Below the pieces are notes generated by a model that had not been told where the DNA came from, ran no database searches, and saw only the letters and a list, made by a program, of their open reading frames with translations. Shown here one piece after another: positions 47,702-55,825 of a DNA stretch of 55,825 nt. This DNA comes from Candidatus Yanofskybacteria bacterium (GTDB lineage: Bacteria > Patescibacteriota > Minisyncoccia > 2-02-FULL-40-12 > GWA2-44-9): the NCBI GenBank assembly GCA_016185505.1, contig JACPNL010000010.1:1-55825 (forward strand). Direction: 5' to 3'. A program made the translations under genes and the position numbers. The first letter of the stretch is position 1, and every line of letters starts with the position of its first letter.

Positions 47702-50230
47702 TTAAGATGCTGACCTCCATGATTCTCCGTTTGCAGAACTAATTTTAATCTTGGAAACACCTGTTCCTATATATTTTTCCAAAACCTTAACATCCTCTCT
47801 GTCTAGCCGAATACACCCATGGCTAGGATGAAGAATATTATCTGAATCGGTCGGGTTTGAGTGTATTAGTTCAGCACGTCCCGCTAATCTATACGATATC
47901 GGCCCAAACGGATTTTGGTCCCAACGCTCCATCAACCCGCCCATTGTGTAAAAATCCAGCTTGGCAAGCGGCGACTCTCCCCTTGACCTTTCTTTCAAGT
48001 GCCTAAGATGCTCCTCTGATTTATTGGGTTGAATTTTGTTGCCTTGATCAAAATATGTTGCCTCCGGACCGGTTGCCGGATACCATTTGTCATGATACTT
48101 ATATTCAACCTCTCCGGATCCTCCCAAACGTATCTCGGCGCCATAAGGCAAGAACGAATCTTTCCAGCGCAAAGTTGAATAGCCATATTCAACGGAGGAT
48201 ATCGTAAATATTCCGTCCGGCGTACGCCCATATCCGAGGGACTTGAAAGCCGGCCCGCCATCCTTCGGCACATTCATAAACCCAGCTCTTGAGGCGTAAG
48301 TGTCTATAAGATGACCATTGTGAACGACATTAAAAATTCCTTCTTCCTGGTTAAAGTAAATGCTCGATTTGCCGGCCGCTTTCCTTAAAATAAGCTCCCA
48401 TTTCTTTAAATCCTTTTTAGATAAGTCAGCCAATTTCGGCGAGAGATCTTCTTCCGAAGTAATTTTCAAAGCAAACTCGTATGCTTTTGCCGCTCCGAAG
48501 TTTGCCTCGAGAAAATTGCTAAATTTCTGATATGTTTCGAGAGCAGAACCGGTTTGTTCCTGTCCAGAATAAAGCTGGACAAAAGCATCCATATAATTTC
48601 TCACGGTATGTTTATCAAGAGTAGTAAAACGGTTATTGCGGCGTATTTCCGAAAAATTATTTATATAATCACTGAGGGACTCTTCATACATTTTTTCCGC
48701 CTTATCTTCCAACCCCAAGACATCCGCCGCTTTGATTGCTTCTAATTGAAAATAGTCATCAGAACCCACATATCTTGCCGCAAGATATGGTTTGACGCTA
48801 TATCTGGCCGCTTCTTTTGCCATCATTGTCGGTAACTCGGTTGGAACATCGATATCGGGAACCCTATCCAATATATTCGCTATCATATCCGGCGCTTTCG
48901 GTAAATCTTCATAGACCTCACCTTTCCACGCTCCTAATGTCAACAGTCCGGCGCCAACATAGATGAGAGCTTTTTTTCTCACACGGTCTCGTATTTTTTG
49001 TAAAAATGTTTTTCTCTCTGGGATTTTTATTTCGGGAATGATATCTTCAGGGACTACTTTTTCGGTTTTGGGGATTATTGTTTTAATCTCCGACTCAGAG
49101 GGTGTTTCTTTGGGTACTTCTTTAATTTCTGACGCAACCTCTTCGGTAACCGTTTCGCCAGCCTCCAATGAAGTCCCGAGAGTAAGTACTGCTTGATCAA
49201 TCGCGTCGTCTATAGTAGCTCTATCTTCTTCCACAACTTCTATTTTTTGAACAGGGACTGAAAGTTCTGACGACTCCTCTTCGACGCCTTCCAAAAACAG
49301 ACGGTCAATCTCATCTTTTTGCTCAATAGTAATGACTGGCACAAATTCCTGTTTTGACCTCTGCGCAATTTCTGGCTTGGATTTCGGCTCTGTTTTCGGC
49401 TCCGTTTCTGGTTTTAATTCTGTCTCAACGCTTTCCTTCGCCCCCGTCTTTCTGCTTTTTCCAAGACGTGCTTTTTCTTTCTCTAAAGCCTCGATCTCCT
49501 CCTCAAGCGGCCGACGGTTAATAACGCCCGCTTCTTGGCGCAATATTTTGTATTTCTCCAATAGTTGGCTATCAATTTCTTTGATCCTGTCAGGAACGTC
49601 TTCGGTCTTCTTTATAGCCGCTTTTGCTTCCCAATAAGCAAGCTCAAGGGGTTTTCCTGTGTCTATAGAGTAATCAATCATTCTATCAATCTCGGCGTTT
49701 ATTGTGTCTTTTCTTTCCTTGCGCCTTTCTTGAAATTCACGCCTCTTGTCCTCCCAATAAGCCGACTCCAATGGCCTTGCTGTGTCTTTGGCATATTGAA
49801 GCATCTTTTCAATCTCATCTAGGGTTGCTTCTTTTTCTGTTTCTGGTGTTTCGATCCCAAATCGTAATCGTTTCTTCTTGTCCTTAGTTTGTTGGCCAGA
49901 AGAAAGCTCCGCTTCAATCTTACTTAAACTTGTAGTTTGGTTAGTTTTTTCTTTATCTTCATCAGATAATTTTTCAAAGGATCCTAAGAAGAGTTTTCTT
50001 TTCCGGTCGTATTCCCTTCCGATTCTTTCATATTCAACAACTTGCGGGTCTGTCTTAAGCTTGCTTTCATCCATGTTGTCTATGCGCTTGTTGATCTCGC
50101 GGCGGATCGAATCCATTTCGGTTTTAGACAATAAAACATCCCTCTTCAGTCTAAGAGTGTCTGCGTAAAGTTCTTCACGGCTTCTCTCCGGCGCAACAGG
50201 CCATTCTTGTTGTTTCATACGTTCCGTCAT
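47702..50230 (-). CDS. large protein with C-terminal L,D-transpeptidase (YkuD-like) domain
   Basis: Charged N-terminus, single TM, RTPDGIF and LIH..SHGCIRL. Confidence 0.75.
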   Translation of the reverse strand: MTERMKQQEWPVAPERSREELYADTLRLKRDVLLSKTEMDSIRREINKRIDNMDESKLKTDPQVVEYERIGREYDRKRKLFLGSFEKLSDEDKEKTNQTTSLSKIEAELSSGQQTKDKKKRLRFGIETPETEKEATLDEIEKMLQYAKDTARPLESAYWEDKRREFQERRKERKDTINAEIDRMIDYSIDTGKPLELAYWEAKAAIKKTEDVPDRIKEIDSQLLEKYKILRQEAGVINRRPLEEEIEALEKEKARLGKSRKTGAKESVETELKPETEPKTEPKSKPEIAQRSKQEFVPVITIEQKDEIDRLFLEGVEEESSELSVPVQKIEVVEEDRATIDDAIDQAVLTLGTSLEAGETVTEEVASEIKEVPKETPSESEIKTIIPKTEKVVPEDIIPEIKIPERKTFLQKIRDRVRKKALIYVGAGLLTLGAWKGEVYEDLPKAPDMIANILDRVPDIDVPTELPTMMAKEAARYSVKPYLAARYVGSDDYFQLEAIKAADVLGLEDKAEKMYEESLSDYINNFSEIRRNNRFTTLDKHTVRNYMDAFVQLYSGQEQTGSALETYQKFSNFLEANFGAAKAYEFALKITSEEDLSPKLADLSKKDLKKWELILRKAAGKSSIYFNQEEGIFNVVHNGHLIDTYASRAGFMNVPKDGGPAFKSLGYGRTPDGIFTISSVEYGYSTLRWKDSFLPYGAEIRLGGSGEVEYKYHDKWYPATGPEATYFDQGNKIQPNKSEEHLRHLKERSRGESPLAKLDFYTMGGLMERWDQNPFGPISYRLAGRAELIHSNPTDSDNILHPSHGCIRLDREDVKVLEKYIGTGVSKIKISSANGESWRSAS

Positions 50231-50340
50231 ATTTAACTAATTTTAAACTTATCAAACAATTTTTACAACGGAAGAGCAGGATTCAAACTATCCACATTAG
50301 CCGTGCCCATTTGACGCTATTTTTGCTACAATGTATTTAA

Positions 50341-51432
50341 ATGTCACGAGGCAAATGTATCTTGGTATTAATAATTGCCGTTGCTATCCTTACACGACTG
50401 TACGGCTTGGATTTTGAATTGCTTTCGCTTGAACAAAAAACGTCTGTTCTGCTTTCCGTTTCGGCGGGAGTGCTATCAGTTGTCGGACTCTATTTTTTAG
50501 TCAAAGAGTTATTTGATGAAAAATTAGCCGCAATATCTTCTTTTCTCCTTGCTGTATCTTTCTGGCACGTCCTCGTATCCAAACTTGGCGCTAAAGATAT
50601 CTTCACGTCTTTCGCTCTCATATTCGCATTTTATTTTATATGGCACGGATTGAAATATAATCGTATTTTTAACTTCTTTTTGGCGGGTTTATTTCTGGGA
50701 GCGGGATTTTATGCCGGCAAAGGATTCTTCTTGGCGCCGGTAGTTGTTTTACTGGTATTCTGGAACTACTGGGACTACATTAAGAAAGACTTCTCGCTCT
50801 CAAAATACGAGCAAACCAAAAGCGAAGTTCTCGCCGGTTTTTCGCTGTTAATGCTGACAACTCTAGCGGTTGCTCTGCCCGTTGGATTTTACTTATGGCA
50901 AAACCCGCCACTTTTGCTGTCCGCGGACAACTCCATATTCGCGAGGCCAAATCCTTTCACTCAAATACGCGACAATCTCGGATGGGTAGTCGACAAAATT
51001 CTGCTCATAGAATTCGGTTCGCCAACTAGCAGAGCAAATTTAATATCGTGGCCGTTGAGCATATTCTTCGCCATAGGATTTATCAAAGAACTCATCCACT
51101 GGCTGAAAAGAAAGCACGGCCACTTCTCGGTAGCTCATACTTTTATTTTCTCGTGGTTATTTGTAATGCTGATACCAACCCTATTATCTTCCAACCCGCT
51201 TGCGGTGAACGGAGTCGAACCGTCGGTTATTGGCTTGAGCATAATACTGCCACTCATAATGCTCTTGTCAGCAAAAGGTCTCTGGTGGGTTATAGAAAAA
51301 TTGAACAAGTGGGATAGGGCGCTTTATCCCCTCTATACGAAACACTGGGGCGGTCTTGATACCGGACCGTTCCTGGCAATGATTGCTTTGCTGTTATCGA
51401 TAGCGATATTGGAGATAGCTAAGCTAATATAG
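50341..51432 (+). CDS. GT-C (ArnT/PMT-like) membrane glycosyltransferase, short
   Basis: LYFLVKELF..AAISSFLLAVSFWHV..SK, many TMs. Confidence 0.75.
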   Translation: MSRGKCILVLIIAVAILTRLYGLDFELLSLEQKTSVLLSVSAGVLSVVGLYFLVKELFDEKLAAISSFLLAVSFWHVLVSKLGAKDIFTSFALIFAFYFIWHGLKYNRIFNFFLAGLFLGAGFYAGKGFFLAPVVVLLVFWNYWDYIKKDFSLSKYEQTKSEVLAGFSLLMLTTLAVALPVGFYLWQNPPLLLSADNSIFARPNPFTQIRDNLGWVVDKILLIEFGSPTSRANLISWPLSIFFAIGFIKELIHWLKRKHGHFSVAHTFIFSWLFVMLIPTLLSSNPLAVNGVEPSVIGLSIILPLIMLLSAKGLWWVIEKLNKWDRALYPLYTKHWGGLDTGPFLAMIALLLSIAILEIAKLI

Positions 51433-51435
51433 ACA

Positions 51436-51650
51436 GGAAAATAGTTAAGAGAGAATAGAAAATGGTATAGAAACATAGAAATAGGTTGTTGGAAATTGGA
51501 AAATGGTATAGAAAGTGGAAAATGGAAAAAGGGTTAAGAAAAAGGGAGGAAAGAAGATGAAAAAACGGTTAATTTCTATTTTCTTATTTACTAACCAATT
51601 TCTAATTTCTATCTTCCATACCAACTTCCATTTTCCATATCACCAATTTC
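51436..51650. repeat. empty foldback element (purine arm / pyrimidine arm, about 7-nt period)
   Basis: Arms resemble those flanking the four-helix-bundle gene (tagaaataggttgt, aaatggtatagaaa). Confidence 0.8.
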
Positions 51651-51676
51651 TGGATTGCGCGTGGCGCCAACGAATA

Positions 51677-53560
51677 ATGTCATATAAAAAACTCTCCATA
51701 TTAGTAATATTAGTTGCGCTGGTTTTGTCCATAACAAGCTTGTGGGACGACTCTTTCATCGTTGATGAGGTACCTCATGTCGGAGCCGGATATTCATATA
51801 TTACAAAAGGCGATATGCGGTTAAATCCCGAACACCCACCTCTGGCAAAAGATATAGCCGGAGCAGCTTTATCTTTTCTGGCTATAGATCAAACGGTATT
51901 TTCAACACAATATTGGGTTACTGATATAAATGGACAATGGAATTTCGGAAGAATTTTGATATATAACTCATCAAATGACGTTAATGCTATCACGAGAACC
52001 GCTAAAACGACGATGCTCATATTTTTCGTATTATCGGCTATCCTGATATACCGGTGGACGCGAGAACGATATGGAGATAGGGCGGCCTTCATCGCAACTT
52101 TGTTGTTTTCTTTCTCGCCCACGGTTCTGGCCCACTCGCGTTTTGTCACCACCGATATGCCGGCGCTGTTCGGAGTGCTTCTCGGTACTTACTTTTTTAT
52201 CAAATATTTACAGAAGCCGTCTCGAAGAACATTCTGGCTCGCGGTTCTGGCATTCGGCGTTGCCCAACTAACCAAATTTTCCGTTGTGCTTCTCGCGCCT
52301 CTATTCATATTGATGGTAATCGCGTGGTGCATAGCAAATTCATTATCTTTCAGAAAGTCGGCTGTTTTAGCCACTCGCTCACTGGTGTTGATGACGACGG
52401 GAATCATTCTTGTTGTCTGGCCGGTTTACGCTCTCCATACGATGAATTATCCGCCGGAGAAACAAAGCGCCGACACGGAATTTCATCTTGGTTCTTACGG
52501 CAACCGTTTATTTGCTGATCCCGTTGTATGGGCGTCAGACAAACCAGTCATAAGACCACTCGCCTATTATGCCACCGGAATTCTTATGGTTAATCAGAGA
52601 GCCATAGGCGGCAATAACACATTCTTTCTCGGCGAAGTAAGAAACTATGCCTGGAAACATTATTTTCCCGTCGTGTATGGGATAAAGGAACCAATTGCGT
52701 TTTGGGGATTGGTGGTAATCGTACTTTTGGCTTTGAGCCTGAAGGTTAAAAATTGCCCCGCACCAAACTTTTCCGCTGACCCCGCAGGAAGTTTTCCCGC
52801 TGACCGCCAATCAGATAGAGGGCGGACTTCCAGCGGGGCAGGCCGCCATTCAGAAAAGAGGCGGGTTTGGTACGGGGTTAGTTTTTGTTTCCAATCGCTT
52901 CGCTCTTGGACAAAAACTAACTTCGTTGAGTTCTCAATGCTGTTGTGGCTCGCGATATATTGGTATTTAAGTATTCGTGCCAATTTGAACATCGGGGTTA
53001 GGCACCTACTGCCCACTTACGGGTTTGTATTTATATTACTGGCTGGCCAGCTAGAGCGTATTACGTATTACGTATTACGTATTAAGAGGAAAATAGTCCT
53101 TACTACTTACTGCTTACTACTTACTGCTTTGCTTGGTTGGTATATCGTAGATGTCGTCCGAGTACACCCCTACTATTTAACTTATTTCAATCAACTGGCG
53201 GGCGGACCGGCGGGTGGCCACCGATACGCCGTTGATTCTAACTTGGACTGGGGACAGGACTTAAAGCGGTTAGCAGACTGGGTTGAAAAACGAGGGATAA
53301 ATAAAATTCACTTGGATTATTTTGGTTGGGCTGACCAAGGTTATTATTTAAAAGACAAACTTGTATGGATAAACGCAGGAACATATAAAGACGCTCGTGA
53401 CTTTCTCGCTCAAAATCCTAATGGTGGGCATATCGCCGTATCGGCTTCATTCTACACGGGTTCACGAGGCGACCCGGTCAACAACTACATCTGGCTGGAC
53501 GCGTATCGTCCAATAGCAACTATCGGGAACTCTATATTTGTGTGGAAAATTAGACCTTGA
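51677..53560 (+). CDS. GT39/ArnT-like membrane glycosyltransferase
   Basis: DEVPH, NPEHPPL, AHSRFVTTD, DSNLDWGQDL. The upstream ORF extension is repeat DNA. Confidence 0.9.
   Translation: MSYKKLSILVILVALVLSITSLWDDSFIVDEVPHVGAGYSYITKGDMRLNPEHPPLAKDIAGAALSFLAIDQTVFSTQYWVTDINGQWNFGRILIYNSSNDVNAITRTAKTTMLIFFVLSAILIYRWTRERYGDRAAFIATLLFSFSPTVLAHSRFVTTDMPALFGVLLGTYFFIKYLQKPSRRTFWLAVLAFGVAQLTKFSVVLLAPLFILMVIAWCIANSLSFRKSAVLATRSLVLMTTGIILVVWPVYALHTMNYPPEKQSADTEFHLGSYGNRLFADPVVWASDKPVIRPLAYYATGILMVNQRAIGGNNTFFLGEVRNYAWKHYFPVVYGIKEPIAFWGLVVIVLLALSLKVKNCPAPNFSADPAGSFPADRQSDRGRTSSGAGRHSEKRRVWYGVSFCFQSLRSWTKTNFVEFSMLLWLAIYWYLSIRANLNIGVRHLLPTYGFVFILLAGQLERITYYVLRIKRKIVLTTYCLLLTALLGWYIVDVVRVHPYYLTYFNQLAGGPAGGHRYAVDSNLDWGQDLKRLADWVEKRGINKIHLDYFGWADQGYYLKDKLVWINAGTYKDARDFLAQNPNGGHIAVSASFYTGSRGDPVNNYIWLDAYRPIATIGNSIFVWKIRP
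52756..52877. repeat. nested palindromic elements in frame in the glycosyltransferase
   Basis: The outer ccccgcacc...ggtacgggg element contains a 63-bp sister element (52780-52842). The outer element matches 9822-9884 (reverse strand). Confidence 0.85.
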
Positions 53561-53564
53561 TTTA

Positions 53565-54083
53565 TAGAAATAGGTTGTCAGAAATTAGAAAGTGGTATGG
53601 AGAATGGAGGATAGAAACTGGTATTCGTATACAAGTTAGTCATTCTCATGAAAATTTTTCCATACTTCACGAAGACGAAATAGCTGACGCGAAGAACTAT
53701 CATAAGAATCTATAAGTTCACTGCAAAGTTTAATATCAATATTGTTAAAATAAACATCACGACACACAGACAGGTGGTTAATCATTTCATTACACTCACC
53801 GATTGCGTCATCAAGATATTTTTGCCAATTTTTTCTTTGGTAGCGTTTAGCGAATCCTTCCGCTAAAAGAGCGCATGGCGCTTTACAAGATCTTCTCATT
53901 TGAGATGCTAGATCATATTTTTCCTCTTTTGGCAGACGGGGAACAACCTGTGTCAAAATAATAATCTGATTTTTATAAAGTTGCTGATATACCCGCAAAT
54001 CTTGAAAACTCTTAATGGTTTTATTACCGTTATCCATTTTCTAATTTCTATACCATTTTCTATTTTCTAGCAACTACTTTCTA
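53565..54083. mobile_element. putative foldback element carrying a four-helix-bundle gene
   Basis: Imperfect inverted arms 53565-53620 and 54032-54083 enclose the ORF. Confidence 0.5.
53636..54037 (-). CDS. four helix bundle protein (23S rRNA IVS protein/bAvd-like family)
   Basis: IKSFQDLRVYQ, LPKEEKYDLASQMRRS, LAEG. Confidence 0.93.
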   Translation of the reverse strand: MDNGNKTIKSFQDLRVYQQLYKNQIIILTQVVPRLPKEEKYDLASQMRRSCKAPCALLAEGFAKRYQRKNWQKYLDDAIGECNEMINHLSVCRDVYFNNIDIKLCSELIDSYDSSSRQLFRLREVWKNFHEND

Positions 54084-54087
54084 AAAC

Positions 54088-55025
54088 AAAAGGTCCTCCA
54101 GCTCCGACTATAGCCGGAACGAGGACCGTGGGTGTTTGTACCCCTTGATTCCACCATTTCCAAGGGGCTCACTTCGCCTAGGGGCGAGAGTGAGAGCGCC
54201 GAAACCGCCAGGCGATCTGGGATTTTTAGGCCCCAGGAATTTTCAATTCGCCTCGCCTCGCGCGGTTTCGGCAATTTGGGGGGGTCACGCCATTCGGTCT
54301 CCAGTTTTTAGTGGGTCGCCCCGACACGCACCTCGCGCGCCGGACCCCGGACCTATTGACCACCGTTTTTATCGGTGGCTGGCGTGACCTTCTCGGTGGC
54401 TGAGGGACAGTGCGATTACTGGCCGGGAACTCATCATCGCCGGTGCTTCATCGTTGCACCGCCTTCAGCCATCTTTTTGGGCCCTACAATTATTTTTTAG
54501 AAATCCTCCCCGAAGAGAGTTGTATTTGAATGGGCCCGAGAGAAACCAATAAAACTTTAAGGCGATATCGTCCTTCGATCCTGTCAGACCATTAGTATCT
54601 TACTTGAATGTCTGGATTACAATGCTTTATTGGCTTGTCTCGAGCCCGTTGCCGAGCCCAAGTCTTATATAAGGTACTTGAGATATATGTTATCACATCT
54701 ATCCCTTTCTGTAAACCCTTATTCAAGGATTCACGGAAAGAGATGCTGGTTTTTTGCCGGACCAGCAAACCGTGGGAATTTGTGCTCGCGGGGGTCCCCC
54801 GCCAGTTTTATCGTTTCAAGCCCTTTTCACCTATTCCTTTCTGCCGGCTAACATATGGGAGCGCGGGCAGTACACGAACCCCGCTCCGGGTGAAAACGAG
54901 CCGCAGAACTTTTTTTACTAGCGCTTTACGATGCGCCAGCGTCCGCGGCGGTGGCATCAGTAAACCCTACGCTTAACAATGATGCGGAGGGCCTCTGGAG
55001 GGTACAGTCCTGTACCCTCCTCTGA
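54088..55025 (+). ncRNA. candidate large structured RNA (about 940 nt)
   Basis: Tightly packed long helices with G-U pairs mostly favouring the + strand. No credible ORF. Confidence 0.45.
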
Positions 55026-55045
55026 CGAAAGGAGTCGAGGTTGGC

Positions 55046-55288
55046 CTAGAGCCGAGCATTCCGTGCGTGGTTTGCCCAGCGCCGCCCGGCTAGCCGGCCG
55101 ATGGCGGGTACGTCCTCGATGGGAACGAATCGCCGAAGCGGGTCGCGTCCGAAGACGCGCTCGTCTTCCTCACGCGCCTCCTCGCATCCGAAATAGGACG
55201 CAAGGACCGCGCCGTCGTTTCGACTGTTGTCGAGGACGAACGTGCCGCCGAATTGAGCGAAATTCTGCTCCGAACCTACTCTTGCCAT
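55046..55288 (-). CDS. small GC-rich hypothetical protein
   Basis: GGAGG RBS before ATG, promoter-like TTGCAA..TGTTATAA upstream. Confidence 0.55.
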   Translation of the reverse strand: MARVGSEQNFAQFGGTFVLDNSRNDGAVLASYFGCEEAREEDERVFGRDPLRRFVPIEDVPAIGRLAGRRWANHARNARL

Positions 55289-55384
55289 TTTTGCCTCCGC
55301 GAAAAGGGTGTTAATAAGAACAAACTCGTACCCTATCTTATAACATACCCCAAAAATTTTTGCAATAGGTCAAAAATCGGCCTT

Positions 55385-55762
55385 TTAAGCCGATTTTGGG
55401 TGTTGTTCTGTCTTTTCCTCGCAATCTTTACATCGAACCGCAAAAGGCATGGCTATCAAACGCTTCTGGGATATATCCTCTCCGCAATCAACACAAAGGC
55501 CATATTCGTCTTGTTCAAGACGTTCTAGCGCCATCTCGACTTGCCTTAACTCCGTATTTCTTATTTCAATTAAACGAGCGGTAAGCTCTGGATCAAAGTT
55601 TTCTACATCGTCACTTTCTCCATTACAACTACAACTCATCCGCGCTATTCTTGACAAACCTTGGCCTTCTTCTCTAAGCTCTTGGAGCTTGCTTTGAATT
55701 TCGGTGACAATTTGTCTTTTTTGTTCTAGGAGTTTTTCTTTGATTCCATTTTTTGATTCCAC
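55385..55762 (-). CDS. TraR/DksA C4 zinc-finger protein
   Basis: ALERL..YGLCVDCGEDI..RL..MPFAVRCKDC. Confidence 0.92.
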   Translation of the reverse strand: MESKNGIKEKLLEQKRQIVTEIQSKLQELREEGQGLSRIARMSCSCNGESDDVENFDPELTARLIEIRNTELRQVEMALERLEQDEYGLCVDCGEDISQKRLIAMPFAVRCKDCEEKTEQHPKSA

Positions 55763-55825
55763 TTATTTTCCCCTCTTGTTAAAGGCCATTCTAAATCTAG
55801 GCACAGAATACATGATAACTCTTAA

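Noticed and set aside
51515-51676. N-terminal extension of the GT39 ORF
   Set aside because: It is a translation of the foldback repeat. The ATG at 51677 gives a normal start.
53636-55025. Diversity-generating retroelement (Avd-like gene plus adjacent RNA)
   Set aside because: No reverse transcriptase is present, and I saw no template/variable repeat pair differing at adenines.
54088-55025. RNase P RNA or group II intron
   Set aside because: I found no GAGGAAAGTCC/CGGCTTA P4 signatures and no domain V motif by eye.
54074-55314. ORFs 54074-54274, 54136-54387, 54608-54976 and 54979-55314
   Set aside because: They have no RBS or family motifs, have Arg/Pro-rich composition, and overlap strongly paired non-coding structure or the opposite-strand gene.

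Overview
Bacterial chromosomal segment (standard code, mostly minus-strand genes). The gene content suggests a Patescibacteria/CPR (Parcubacteria-like) genome, which is an inference: short AlaRS, short DnaX, T4SS-pilin-tailed proteins, a TraD/VirD4-like ATPase and GT-C glycosyltransferases. Housekeeping genes (dus, alaS, hup, rny, gpmI, mnmA, dnaX, glgA, pncA/pncB) are mixed with single-gene accessory cassettes. There are five intact tRNAs (His, Pro, Arg, Gly, Gln). The strongest unexplained signals are non-coding. (1) A tRNA locus at 9.4-10.4 kb holds an intact tRNA-Pro(TGG) bracketed by a perfect 19-bp inverted repeat, sitting inside a second, split tRNA-Pro. Orphan tRNA halves and an HNH nuclease flank it. 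(2) Several families of short palindromic elements are inserted in frame in core proteins and nested in each other. One 39-bp element occurs once in AlaS and twice in MnmA. (3) Foldback elements built from 7-9-nt periodic repeats are common, and one carries an antisense four-helix-bundle gene. (4) Two long, densely base-paired ORF-poor regions (29.7-30.1 kb and 54.1-55.0 kb) look like structured RNAs. No transposase, integrase, reverse transcriptase or CRISPR array was recognised.
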